A stretch of DNA of 63,918 nucleotides, counting the filler, from Atractiella rhizophila (lineage: Eukaryota), in the NCBI GenBank assembly GCA_021432655.1. It is 8 parts of 7 records of this genome, joined end to end, with 100 filler letters (N's around TTAATTAATTAA, not from the genome) between each part and the next. Parts side by side here need not be neighbours in the genome. Positions count along the whole stretch, not along the records: positions 32,116 to 47,004 come from MU271505.1; positions 47,105 to 51,170 come from MU271505.1; positions 51,271 to 59,959 come from MU271524.1; 5 more parts are not named here. One strand, given 5' to 3'. The notes under the pieces were generated by a model that had not been told where the DNA came from, did no database searches, and worked only from the letters and a program-made list of their open reading frames with translations. Both the position numbers and the translations under genes were made by a program. Of the stretch, positions 39,914-52,787 are shown piece after piece (position 1 is the stretch's first letter; each line of letters begins with the position of its first letter).

Positions 39914-41705
39914 CCTTGAACAGTCCTCTCACCGATCAATAACAACCTTACACCTAGGAAAAGTCTCTGTCTTTGGACCCAAACGACAGCACGTCAATGC
40001 TGCTAAAAGTCGAACTCGAACGTCACAGCCATTCTTGGCATGCGCCATCAACATGACAAAAATGCGAAGCAAGCTTTGAAGTTTCTCTCCCTCCTGCTAA
40101 GCTGCGAGCAACACAGACATCATCTCTGCCGAACGATCGGCTGCCACGAACTCCTCCCAACCGAAGAAAGCACTGATAAACGAGACACAACATTGCATCC
40201 AAACCTGTTAGACGTCTCCCTTCCAACAGGCATTTCCTGCATAAACAGGACAAGCAGGACATTTGAAATCGTCAGTAGAATGCGGTCTAGTCCAAACATG
40301 AAAACTACGGCGAGATCGAAGTAGGGTCGCGATGCCCTTTGAGCTGTCATGGTCACGCAAAGTGGAGGTGGAGTGTGCACTGCAGTAACGAGCGGAGGAC
40401 CTCATGCTTTGAGATTCTGACGATCGTCATTGGCAATGTCACCTCCACATATATGCACCCGTATTCCTCTCCCTGTCTGCTTTACGTCTTTGCCTTTGGG
40501 AATGCAAAGTATAAACTATCAGATCAGATCAAGAAAATGGAGGTGCAGAGAGATGATGGAGAATCGGTAAGAGCCAAGAGGAAACATGATTAGGAAGGCT
40601 TGTACTACACCATCATACCCAAATCATCATTGATCCCGACATGAACGATGAGGACAGCTTTACAACGATCCACATCTCCTTGGCATGATGAGAATGGCAA
40701 CAGATGCATCACACGTTCTCCATCGCGTGAAGCAATGGAGAATTGAATATCCCTTCTGACGTATCCACGGTGAGATGTGGATAGGAGTTGGGACATCGAC
40801 ATCGATGAAGACCTCTCCCATCTTACTTCTCCATACCGACATACGACATACGACATATCGGATGTCAACAGCACCTCTTTCACGCCATAAAACAACCCCG
40901 AACTGAAAGTGAACCGGACTCACCTCTTTTTCAACTTGGTCGCGCCTTCTTCTCCTCCCATCGCCATTCCCACGGGCGGGGGAGGTCTCGGGGGTTTCCA
41001 GCTACCTGCAGAGTTGGTCGATCCCTGGGACATGCTCCTCTCGACGGGGGGAGCGCCACCCAGGGCGGATGCGGCTGCAGGGGGCGTCTGGGAGGGCAGC
41101 GCGGACCGACGCTTGGACCCTGAGGAGGTGATGGGCGTCGCGCCGGCGCCGGAGAAGCCGAGCGGGGGCGAGATGAGCGGTCTGTCGCTGGGTGCCATCG
41201 CTCTGTGCGATTTCGTCGATGGGCCTCGTTGGCTGGTGAGTGGAAGATAGAACGTGAGACGTGTCGGAACCTTGACTTTTCGGAACCGCCCCAACAATGC
41301 CATTTAGGAGTTTGACTAGAGGTGCTTTCTGGATGAAATTTTGAATGAGAATGAGGATGCACATTCTGATGAACAACCGACAAGCTTCACAAAATAGTTT
41401 GCTTATGGAACGCTTTGTGTCTTCGGTCGATGATCATACTGAATATTATGGAGGGAGCATATTCCTTTGGAAAAGGTTACTCAGACGGCAAAAGGTGAGA
41501 AAACAAATAATGCGATGCGTAACGACCGTGCGAGTTGCAGTTTCATTGTCCATGTAAAATACTATTTTGACCGTAAGCGTAACTCCCATCCTCTCTCTCC
41601 GTCACTGGACGGCGTTGGGAATACCTCCATCTATCCAACAGTCTTTCCAACTGCATGCTGCACTCCACCTTCGACTTCGTCTTCCTCTCCATCTCAATCT
41701 CAATC

Positions 41706-43414
41706 TCATGAAGTGAAAACGTAGAACGCGGCATAGTCGACATCCAACTCCTCGCCTTCAGTATCGCACTGTCATCATCATGCAAGAACGCAAGCATGAG
41801 CAACCTTCAGCTTATCAAGAAAGTCAGACAGACGTACAGAAGCAGGCGGCACCCCTCCAGCGGTCACGATCCTATAAACGCCCGTCGCAAGCTGTCCATC
41901 AATAGCCGAGAGCTGCAACCAATTGATGTTCGCCTTCGAATCCACCGGGTCCGGATAGCTCGCCGTGAGGTTTCCAATGACATAATCCTGTGCCGAGACC
42001 GTTCCATCCTCTTGGGGGAATATGAACTCAGGCGAGGCCTTGGTCGCGCCTTCCGGGAAGAAGGTGAAGGAGTGCAGGCCGAGGTAGTACTGCATCCAGT
42101 TGTCGCTGTTCAGCAGCACCTGGAGCGCCGTCACCGCGTCTGGGGAGTAGGCGGATAGCGTCTGGTTCACCTCCGAGGTCAGGTTCAGGTTGCCGTCTGA
42201 GTCGTACGCTTGGCCGAGGATGAGGGCGACTGCGGGAAGGTCGAGGAAGTAGGAGGCGTCGACGAGACAGGAGACGTCTACGAGGCCGGCGACGGCGCCG
42301 ATCGAGGTGTACTTGCCCGATGTGCAGGTGTAGTTCTAGATATCGCAGTGTGACATTAGCACTCTGAATACCGAAAAGGTGGAGAGCGAAAGAGACACAC
42401 CTGCGTTCCGCCTCCCAAAGCCACATAATCCACCACCGCTCCCTCGGGAATGGTCAGGTTCGATCCTTCAGGGAACGTCAGACCGATATCTGTCAAGTTG
42501 CACTTGGATCCGAATCCGTAAACCGTCGTTACGTTTCCACTACCAGTGGAAGTCCCATTCCAGCCTCCGGAGTCAGAAGTCGAGCTTGTAGGAGCAGGGT
42601 AAGCCGAATCCGTGATCGACGGCTGGCTAAACGTAGCATTCGTGGGTGGAATCGAGCTATTGGTTCCACTGCCATTCGCACTTCCGCTCGCGCTCCCAAG
42701 AGCGAGAGCGTTAGCGAGGAACGACTCATAGGTGTTCCCCTCCGTCGGAGGGTTGATGGCACCCACCATCCCAGCCTCGCAGTGGTTCACGGGGAGGGTT
42801 TGAGCGCAGTAGAACCAGATGGGCTGGTCGTCGGTCACTTCGAGCACGAAGCCTGGACCGGACGTGGATGTGGACGAGTTTCCGCCGAGGGTCGAGAAGA
42901 GGAATCCGGAGGAGAAGCCGGCGTCGAGGGGTGTGCAGGGCGAGTCGAATGTGGATTGGGTCACGGTGTGGTTTTTGGATTGGAATTCGAAGAATACTTT
43001 CGAACCGACGGAGGCCGTAATTATCGATGGTCTGTTCCAGAGGAACCCATCAGGATAAGGATAACATTCGAGCGCCTCTGGATGGAGAAGTGAGGTTGAA
43101 GAGTACGCGGTGACTCACGAATACACCAGTCCAGCCTCTCCTCCAACGACGACGACCTGCACATCTCCTGGTGCATACACGCTCGCATTGTTCGTCGTCC
43201 CACTCGGTCCATTAGCAGCGTTCTTGGAGGAAGCTCCCTCTGCCAGCGCGCTGGTGGACCCCGTGGAAGAGGAGGAGGGAGCACCATCACCCCAACCGCC
43301 TAAGAAGGAACCGAAGCGCCATTCACCGCTGCCTGGTGCTGCTGAAGTGGGGGGGATGGCCGAAGAAAGGAGGGAGATGGTGGGAAGGAGCAGGGGAAGG
43401 TAGGAACGGGTCAT
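41706..43414 (-). CDS. Secreted protein: cupredoxin-like domain, Ser/Thr linker, DUF3455-like domain
   Basis: Signal-like MTRSYLPLLLPTISLLSSA; VVVGGEAGLVY..NHTVTQSTFDSPC..PIWFYCAQ..HCEAGMVGAINP; then ALGGGTQ|NYTC..LVDVSC..LGLHSF..INWLQL..VYRIVTAGGVPP..VDYAAFYVF*. Confidence 0.8.
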
Positions 43415-44899
43415 CTTCTTCTCGTCAAAAAAAGTAGGGTGGTAGGATTGGATGCGTTATGAATAGGTTGAGGTTGGTGGGAAGGGTGAAAGGGGACTTG
43501 GAGGGATATTCGCCCTTTTATAGACTAATGTGTGCTTCGGAAAGGCGTCGACTGTTGATTTGCTTGGTCGTCTCAAAGTATAAACGGAGGCACTGCAACC
43601 CGCGGTATTGCGGTCAGCTTGTCTCTTCCTGTTCTCCCGAGAAAGCGAAGTGGCACATCTCATACCTTTCTTTGCTGTTCTACTTAGTCCTTTGGAACAC
43701 TCTCGGAGGCGGATAGTTGTCTGTGTGATGAGGGAAGGTGGTTGTGGACTTGAACCTGTTGCAGAAACTTGAATTCGAATGAAGGACTATGAATTTACGT
43801 ACCCAAACATACACACGGCGCGACTCGGACGCACTTCACTTCTATCCTTTGTTCTCAAGATATTCGGGAAAGAGGAAGGAAGTTATTATCACCTTACGTT
43901 ATGAAGGGATTAAGCGTGTACCAGGAATGAAAGCGTTGACCTTACTGTGTGTGTGCGTAGATACCGTCCCAGGAGGGAGGCTGAGGGTGTTGATGTTCTC
44001 GTTGAATTCAGGTGTAGCATCAGCCTCAGAATTAACTTCTCGTTTATCAAGACTATTCCGTTGTTTTACTGGAACCAAATACGTATTTAGGCAGCAGAAG
44101 GGGATCCCTTATGTTAAAGATATTTCCGTTCACGTCATGCTCTGGCGCCTTGAACAAATTCAAGGTCACCAAAAATTCTTAAACTCGAAGGAAGCACTAT
44201 TAGGGCCCCTCCTTTGCTTTCAGGGTAGTCATATTGCGCATGATGCCATATCCAGTATGCCAAACTGCAGCCTGGTTTCCGCCACTTTCTTACACAATCT
44301 CTGTCTCCTGTAAGTCTCCATGGTGGATCGGAGGCTTCAATGGAATAACTACAGCGTCTCAGTATTCCTGTGCAGCTTCGGAAAACAGCGTTTTCTTTGC
44401 TACCTCTCATTGCTCTCTCGTTCATCTTACCCAGAGAATCCCAACATCAACGAGGACCTGAAGCCATTTTTGCTCAATGAAGCTATATTATTCGGTCATT
44501 GGACTTACATCTGGTCAGCGAAGAATAACAAATCAAACTCCCGAATTGCCATCTGTAAGGTGCTTCCAACCCTTGTGGTAGACAGCAGGTCCGTTTATGT
44601 TCAAGTGCACGAGCTCACGCCACGGTGTTCCAACTCAACATCACGGCCACACAGCTCAAGTGGGCTCGCGCAACGTCAGGAGCTCTTCTCTTCACTCCCT
44701 CTTGGCTTATTCCCTCCACGGACTCTTCGTTAGAAAGTATCTTAGGTTAGATTAGATTTACTTACTAGCCTCTGCGTTGGAGTGTTCCCCGACGCTGGTG
44801 GTGATAATGGCGTCCGTGACAAGTTAGGGATCTCCAATCCCAAATTCGAGAAAATACCTCTCGGCTCGAGTTGAATGACAAGGAATAATCTCAAACGCA

Positions 44900-45991
44900 A
44901 CTTAGGAGAAAGTGACGCGGACCCAAATTTAACAAAGCTTGACTGTTCTACTGCAGTAGACAGAAAAGCGAAGGAAGCAGTCAGAGGGTGGTGCGGATTC
45001 ACTGTGCATGGGCGACTCAGCACTGCACAGGTTGACCAAGTCACAAAATGTGACCCCACAAGAAGGAGGGTGAAAATTCGTAAGGACGTTTTAGTTGAGA
45101 ACCGATGAGGAAGTTCCAGAGATCAAGAGTAATAAGTGATTTGTACTTGCTGAGTTCGGGAGCGACTTGGTTAAGTGAATGTCGAGTTAAACAACCCGTG
45201 CGAATGGCGTTTGGCGTTTATGGTGAAGCAGGAGGCAAGGAAGGTTGGGAAAGACTGGAAGCACAGTGTGCAAGGGTTAGGACAGGGAAACTCGACTAGT
45301 TCACAGAAAGGGTGTCAGATGGTACTGAGGTCTCAACGTTGAGAAGAAGCTGTAGATTGAGCGACAGGATGCGTCAACTTGTTCAGAGACTCAGAAGGTC
45401 GAACGTCCCATTCATCGATAGTTCGCAGCCACTGCATACTTTTAGGACAATGGTGCGACTCAATGGTGAGGGACCTCAGCGCAGGAGCTTTGTAAAGGCC
45501 AATTATAAGGTATAGTGTGGTCTGACAGCATCCGTGAGCTCCAAGATCTCGGGCTTGGGGAATCCGACTGAGAGGTTGTTGTAGTCACCAAGGACATTCA
45601 GCTCTCGCAGATTAGGTAAAGCAGGTAAGTTGGTGGCAGCGTTTTGATTGTTGTGGAGACGCAACTGTGTGCCTACTTCTTTCGTAAGATCATAGAGAGA
45701 AAGAAGCTCAAATCTTCGCCTGTTGAGGTCTCTGCAGGAGGCGATATGACACCTCTCGGCAGGGGGATGGATTGCCAGACGTCTCAATGCCATAGCAGCT
45801 TCTTTTCATGGAGGAAATAAATGCTGCTGTATCACCAGCGTGAAAGGCGACGTCGGTGTAGAGGACTGATAGTACGAGAAAATAGAACTCCTTGCTGAGA
45901 GTCAACGCACATGTTGGAGAAAGCTTGACTCGTCACATCGGAATCGTTGTTGAGATTCTGTAGAAGGAGAGAGAAGTGCGGCTCCCGTCAT
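44900..45991 (-). pseudogene. Possible decayed F-box/LRR-like gene
   Basis: Fragments TLSKEFYFLVLSVLYTDV, LPALPNLRELNV and LRSLTIESH in shifting frames with stops; boundaries uncertain. Confidence 0.3.
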
Positions 45992-46381
45992 TTTGTAATC
46001 CCCAAAAGATGCTTTGTCGATGTTTTTCAGAATTTCAAGTCAGAACAAGTTTCCTCCTAGTAATTTAGACGTCGGATAAATAACGATCTGTTGTTCACAT
46101 TTCGGACTTCCTCGGCTCCAAGAGTTCTGCCAAGTGCTTCAAACCATTGGAGCTTCTTCTGTTTCTTGGTTAGCGCACGTCAGCTCGTATCTTCTGGTAT
46201 ATTCGTTCTCTTTGTTCTTGTCAGTCGACACGGTTCTAACGTCTTGGTCGCACAGCCTCCAGCTGTTGTCCTTCCCGGGTCACTTGACAGACCGCGACCA
46301 GCTCCTCCTTATCTTCAGTTTCAGCTTCATCTTTGGACTTTGGGATTTATCTTCACTTGTTGCGCGACATAAGCTTAAACG

Positions 46382-47004
46382 ATGTGCGACGACGACTTTG
46401 GGTTCTGTATCTGCATCTCTCTTGTTCGTTCCTTCCCTTTTACAACCTGCCCTCGTAATCATTCATCCTCGCTTCGTTCTAGGGATGTAGCGACCAGTAT
46501 GTTGTTCTCTTTCCCAGATGCTACAGGATGGTAGAGCTAAATGTTTGCGGGTAGGATATCGCAAGAAGGGGATCAGACTCCACGGTGGTGTCCTCGCTGC
46601 AGGAACGCATCAGTAACAGGAGCGAAGAAGAGCAAGAAACTAGAGATGTGCGTACCCTTTCCAACTTCATCAATCCTTCCTCCAGGACGAAGTAATGGCT
46701 GACTCTGGACGATCCGACCTACAGATGCTGTGTCCCTCTCTGTCCTATTTCATCTTCCTACATCTGGTACTGTCCCATCTGTAATTGGGAAGCCGACCAG
46801 TCTGGTCCTGCGCCGCCTGTAGCACAAGGAGGGCCGCCGATGATGGGTTCGTGCTTTCCCCTTTCTCCATGTGTCGACTGTAGAGGCGCTGACGATGTTT
46901 GTTGCCATAGGAGGATACGCCCCTCAACAGCCGATGGGTTGGGGAGGTCCGCCACCGCCGGCAGGCTACAATCCTCAAATGCAGGGAGGATACGGAGGGC
47001 CGCC
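46382..47004 (+). CDS. Small zinc-ribbon protein (YBL029C-A/UPF0768-like), 3' truncated
   Basis: Spliced MCDDDFGFCICISL|GCSDQ|ISQEGDQTPRWCPRCRNASV...CCVPLCP..WYCPICNW, followed by a G/P/Q-rich tail. Confidence 0.75.
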
Positions 47005-47104
47005 NNNNNNNNNNNNNNNNNNNNNNNNNNNNNNNNNNNNNNNNNNNNTTAATTAATTAANNNNNNNNNNNNNNNNNNNNNNNNNNNNNNNNNNNNNNNN
47101 NNNN
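47005..47104. other. Artificial contig-joining linker
   Basis: N-TTAATTAATTAA-N, 100 nt. Confidence 0.97.
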
Positions 47105-48767
47105 TCCGATCGAACGATTGATTGGATGTCCATCCCTTCCTGCATCTTTTCGACACTCAAGAACGTTCAAGTTTCACCCTCCTCGCCAAATCTCTTATTG
47201 CCTCCCTCTGTCCCCTCCCATCCTCCTCCTTCGATTCCGCCAACTTCAAAAATCCAATCTCGTCCCCCAACAGCTGACGGATGTTCCACCTCTGCTCCCT
47301 TTCCGACATCGTGTGGCGAAGAAAGCGGAGGAGCAAAGGGGGAAGTTTGTCAGGGATGGAAAGCGGTGGTGGTCCATGCCTACGTCGCATCATTTAGGCG
47401 GTGATTCAAGTTAAGGAAGGGAAGGGGTTGGATGGAGGATGGAGGATGGACACACCTCGCCAGAACATGGAGAACCTTGGCCGGCTCCCACTCTCTCCAA
47501 ATGCACGGTCCGTACGTGCACTCGAACGCAATCATACCCACACCATACACCTCCCCAAACCTGTCGTACGGCTCTCCCCTGGAGCATTCGGGGGGAAGGG
47601 CATGCGGTGCGCCAGAGATGCGGGAGCGCCACGAGGTGTCCTGAGGAAGGAAGGTGGGCGGTAAGACGCTGTTCCCAAAGTCGCACAGCTGGATCCGACC
47701 GTCGTACGTTATGAGCACTTCTTCGGATTTGAGGGAGCGATGGAGGATTTGATGGACGGTGTGTAGGTGGGAGAGTCCAAGGAGAAGACATCGCATGATA
47801 TATGCAATCTGAGGGAGTCTCAGATCAACTTGCTGTATTTCGGGATCCCTGTTACCCCACTTGTATATCTTCCTTTTGAGTGAGAGAGAGGCATAAAAGC
47901 ATACTGTTGAAGGATGTGGAATAGATTGCCCAGGTCGGCCATTACGCAAACTATCCATGCCTCTCCACCGTGCACGAAAGCGTCAACGAATCGGGGAACA
48001 AAAGACTCATGCCGTGGCATATCTGCGCTAAGCATTCGTAGGCAAGTGATTTCGGAGACGAGAGATATTAGGCGGGATTTAAGACGCGGGCCGGGTACGC
48101 AGATGGAAAGGCGCTTGATTGCCACCACCTCGTTGGTTCCACGTTGATAGGCAGTTTGGACGACGGATGTGTTGCTGCACGATCCAACGCAGCCCCGTTG
48201 AGTTGTTAGTTGAGAGAAAGGGAAGGAGCAAAGACGAACCCATTCTCAAAGTCTCCAATCTGTGCATACCCCTTCCGCTTATCCCCCTTCTCTTCCTCTT
48301 CATCTTCATGTCTCACCACCCCCATCAACGCCCTCCATAGCACCTCACATCCCTCAACCTCCATAACGTGAGGTGGGATCGAACCGTCCCAGCCCTGCCC
48401 ACCAGCGATCTGAAGCTGGGTCCAGTTCGGTTGCCGTTCGTAGCTGGTTTTTGGAGTCGAGGTCGAAGAGCGGGGAGAAGTGGGGGAGGTTGGGGACGTG
48501 GGAGAGGTTATCTGAGGGGCGAGAGAAATGGACAATTGTCTTCCTCGTGTTTTCCGTTGCGGAGAGGGTATCTCAATCTTCAGTCCGCCTCTTTGGACAT
48601 GAAGCACGGTATCGTTCTGGTCTGACGATGAAAGCGCCCGAGCCCATTCGTGGGGTAGTCCCTGTCACAAGAACACTTTGAGGATCAGACATGAAAACAA
48701 GGGAGAGGACAAACAGTGATCTCCCCGGTGTCGGGATTCTCAGCCCCATGAATGAGAAGCGTCGCAT
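47105..48767 (-). CDS. STE20-like kinase-fold protein with degenerate catalytic motifs (probable pseudokinase), 3' end near contig edge
   Basis: VAIKRL, EITCLR, FVDAFVHGGEAWIV, QIAYIMRCLLLGLSHLH, HRSLKSEE, LCDFG, GAPHALPPE, EVYGVG. Confidence 0.75.
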
Positions 48768-50066
48768 CAGTTGGCCCAGAAATTGTCATTTTCTTTTTCC
48801 CTGACCAGTCGAACCACCAAATCCATTAGGAGTTCCGCACACGCATCACAAGGGAGGAAGAGGGTGCCACGCACCAAAAAAGGGCAATCGCTTCGTGAGC
48901 GTATTCTTCCGCTCCATCCTCACTTCCCTCCACTCGGATCGTAACCACAAAACAACCAGAAAGACAAGGGGTATATATACGATGTGACCAGGGGATTCGG
49001 AACCCCGTACAAGAGGCAAGGTTGGACAAGTGAGACGATTTGAGAACAAAGGGAAAGGGAACTTGACCGCGCCCGACGATCCGGGTCATTTACAAGGAGA
49101 CGAGATGCGAGCGGACGGCGGCTGCGTCCATTGTTGTGGCCGACTGCATATCGTTGTGGAAAGTGGCGCGATGAAATCTGGGTAAGAAAAATAGTCGTTT
49201 GGGATTAGGTGGCAGTGCATTATGTGTTCAAGAGCTTCAATGTTTGAGTCTGGGCTTAACATTGAGTTCTGCAATTAGCGCACGCTAGCGTCCTTTGGTC
49301 AATACAACAATTCTGAAGGACTCCTATGACGCCCTGCTATCAACATGCAATCATTGAGCATTTTGAGGAGCCCGTAAAGAAAGTCACGTACAAAGTGTGA
49401 CTTGCAGAGTTATTTCAAGAGATAAATTTGAATACGTAACCTTTGACGGAGGCTTCGTTGACCTCATCTTTGAAAACGATGCCAGCCTCTTCTCTGGTCC
49501 ATTGATCTTTATGAATCTACGCTACCGTTAGCCATGTTTCTGCTTGATAATTCACTTACCAATGGTTTGATGCAGAAACAGAAACCATTAGCATTGTGAT
49601 GGCATGTCGTACGTACACTTTGTCTTCGTTCGCCAACTGAAGAACCAGATTGACCGGAGGGCAATGATGGAGGACATGCACGGAAGCTTGACGTTGTAAA
49701 AGTGATATAAAGGTTCACGCTTTAAGAATGTGCTAGTATGAGTTCAATGCATTGTCAACGAAACGCAATCCTCTCATTGAGAGGCTCGAGAGGGCAGGGC
49801 TAAGCCTGACTTTTCACGACATAAATTTATATTTGCCGTGTAGGCAAGAAGGTATGAGATTGGGAAAGTCGATGTACTTGGTACATTTGGATCGCGGGTA
49901 TGGTTGCGTAATGTGAATGTCAGTCATTTGCAGGATAATGACGGTGCTTTCGTTATGTGTCAGCTACACCGACTACTGTGGGGATAAATATGAGTTTGTT
50001 TCTGGCCCAGAACCAACTTAGCCTCTCCAAGCAGTATTAAGCGCGACAAGGAAGTACTCACAACAT

Positions 50067-51170
50067 TCACTTTACGAATTCAAACAACCACTCCATGTTT
50101 TCTTTCATCACGCTCTCCCAATACTTTTCAAAACCATCCCCTCTATCAAATCCATGGCCGCTGCCCTCGCCTTGAATTCTGACAAACTTGATCTTCTCTT
50201 CCGGAACCCCGACCTGTTTCAACTTCTCTGCAAAACGCTCGGATTCAGATATTTGGATTGCCGCATCTTGTTCCCCATGAAAGATGAGGGTCGGAGGAAA
50301 GGAACTGGGGATCTGGAGAAGTGGGAAAAAGCAATGAAGCTCTGAGGGGATCGTTGCCGCTTGGGTTTCCAGAGAATCGTCTTTCTACTCTGCAAGCGCG
50401 CGGGACAGGCTGTCCGAAGATGTGAACGCGTCTGCTAAAATACCTGCCGCGAAAAGCTTTGACGTCCTATTTCTCCCTATCAGATACTAAACGAAGCATA
50501 GGATGAGAGGAGGCACAAAGTGGTTTGTTCTGCCTCCTCTCTCTCGACCGCATTGGAACACTCTTCAACCGGAGTGTAGAACCACTTCACATCTGTCCCC
50601 GTCACCGGAGCTCGGTTGTTATCCCAAAGGTAGCGATACTCCTCTGGGAGGCAGAAAGGAAGGTGGTTGTGCTGCCGCGCACCTATGTCGAGCTCGCCGT
50701 ACAGATTGAGGAACCCCAGAGGAGGTGGGTGTTTGGAAGCCGAGGAAAGAAGATGGAGAGTCAACTGGAGAGCGCAGTAGACACCTCCATGACATTGTTC
50801 AGAGTTCAATCGACCGAGTGGAAGGGGCACAGCTCACCTGCACTTCCTCCCGTTCTTGAGCAGTAGAAAACTTAGGGCTGTCCGACTGCGAGGGAAGGAA
50901 ACTCACACGAGGAGCTTGTTCTTATCCACCCTCCCCAATCCTCTCTTCTCCAATTCCCTCTGCAACCCATCCTCGCTTCTGACAAACTCATAAACATCCT
51001 TCACGTCCTCAATGATGTCCGCGACCGTGCAGCTAGGTATGAGTCTGTAGTCGGCACTGACGACATGTACGCCTCTTTGGTTGGCGAAATCTGCCAACCA
51101 CTGTGGGAAGAAGCCATCTCTCCTTCCTCCCGTCTGTCGTTTCGGCATCAAGGCTTGTTATTCGACGCAA
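50067..51170 (-). CDS. Alpha/beta hydrolase, 5' truncated
   Basis: VVSADYRLIP..DIIEDVKDVY, DKNKLLV then G.SAG, C-terminal GHGFD. Confidence 0.75.
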
Positions 51171-51270
51171 NNNNNNNNNNNNNNNNNNNNNNNNNNNNNN
51201 NNNNNNNNNNNNNNTTAATTAATTAANNNNNNNNNNNNNNNNNNNNNNNNNNNNNNNNNNNNNNNNNNNN
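51171..51270. other. Artificial contig-joining linker
   Basis: N-TTAATTAATTAA-N, 100 nt. Confidence 0.97.
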
Positions 51271-52787
51271 TACCGCTCAGTTATCTGAAGACCTTCCATC
51301 TGGAGGAGAAACACGGATTCAACAAGTCGACGAGGAAGCTGTGGATCGTGGATGAGATAAAGAGCTTTGGGCTCACACTTGCGTTTGGCGCGCCGCTGGT
51401 CATTGCGGGTGTCAGGGTCATGAGGTGGGCCTGGGGAGAAGGAGGGAGGGAGGCGTGGTGGGTTGGCGGAACGGAGGGAGGGATGTATGTCCTTTCTTTT
51501 TTGTTCCGTTTCGTGGTCTATCTGAGGTGCGCTCTGTCGAGCATTTTGGTTGAGACGAGTGATGCCGTTGAGCTTTCATTCTAGTCGTTCTAGTTTGAGC
51601 ATGGAAAGAAAGCCTCTCCTTCTGTCCTTCTGTCAGGCTTTTTGAAGTCCTATCAAAATCTTACTAGGTGTCATCCATCGACGCGCTCTACGAGCACAAT
51701 GACACGTCTTACGAGTACACGGACACGTATAACGAGCGTATTGCAGAGGAGCTTGCCCGTGGTGCTGGTGGAAGGCGTTTGACTCACGAAGCATGCTGAC
51801 CATCTCGCAATTAGAATCGCCATCCAACTTCTCTTCCTCATCTTGTACCCAGTCATCAGTGAGTCTCTCTCACACCGATGTACCGGGAAGATGATGCTAA
51901 TGGACCGACTGAACAAGTCGCGCCGATGTTCAACAAGTTCACTCCACTTCCCGCTGACTCGCCATTGACGACTCAGCTGAGCGCTTTGGCGAAGAGAGTC
52001 GATTTCCCGCTCGGAAAGATCTGGGTCTGCGATTCGAGCAAGCGCAGTTCTCACTCGTACGCTTCTCTCTTTAGACAACATACGTTGGCTGAGTAGTGGT
52101 GCAGGAACGCTTTCTTTTACGGCGTCCCTTTCCTTACTAAACACATCGTCCTCTTCGATACGCTGATTGAGAAGAACTCGACGGAAGAAGTGCTCGCGGT
52201 TCTTGGTGCGTGCTTTACATAACAAAACATGAACACGCAGGAACCTATTGGATGTGATGCATAGGACACGAACTAGGCCACTTCAAGAAAGGACACAACA
52301 TCTCCCTCCTCCTCTCTACCGACACATACGTGCTCTTCCTCCTCGTCCTCTTCACCACCTCCGTCCAATCCCCCGCCATCTTCTCCTCCTTCGGCTTCCC
52401 CTCTCCATCAGCCACTTCGCCGTATCCAATCCTCTTGGGCTTCATCCTCGCACAAGACGTCTTCGGTCCACTCGATTGCCTCGCACAGTTCGTTATGCAT
52501 TCTCTGAGCCGACGATTCGAGTATCAGGCTGACGAGTTCGCAAAGAACCTTGGGTACGTCCTTCTTCGTTGACTGCTTCCATGAACGGGGATGAGATTAA
52601 GGTGTTGACGGTGTTGGTGTGTCATAGGTATGCGGAACAGTTGAAGAGAGGTCTCGTTCGCATTGGAGCTGACAATATGGGTGTGACGGACTGTCATAAG
52701 CTCTGGAGCGCATATCATCACTCGCACCCCACCTTGGGAGAGAGGATCGAAAGATTAGATGATTCGGATGATAAAAAGAAGGAGTAA
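51271..52787 (+). CDS. STE24: CAAX prenyl protease 1 (M48 zinc metalloprotease), 5' truncated
   Basis: FHLEEKHGFNK, PMFNKFTPLP, DSSKRSSHS|NAFFYG, KHIVLFDTL, HELGH, SRRFEYQAD, HSHPTLGERI. Confidence 0.95.

Noticed and set aside
40920..41383. Several overlapping GC-rich ORFs
   Set aside because: Low-complexity Pro/Ala/Gly content; may hide a small gene but cannot be supported.
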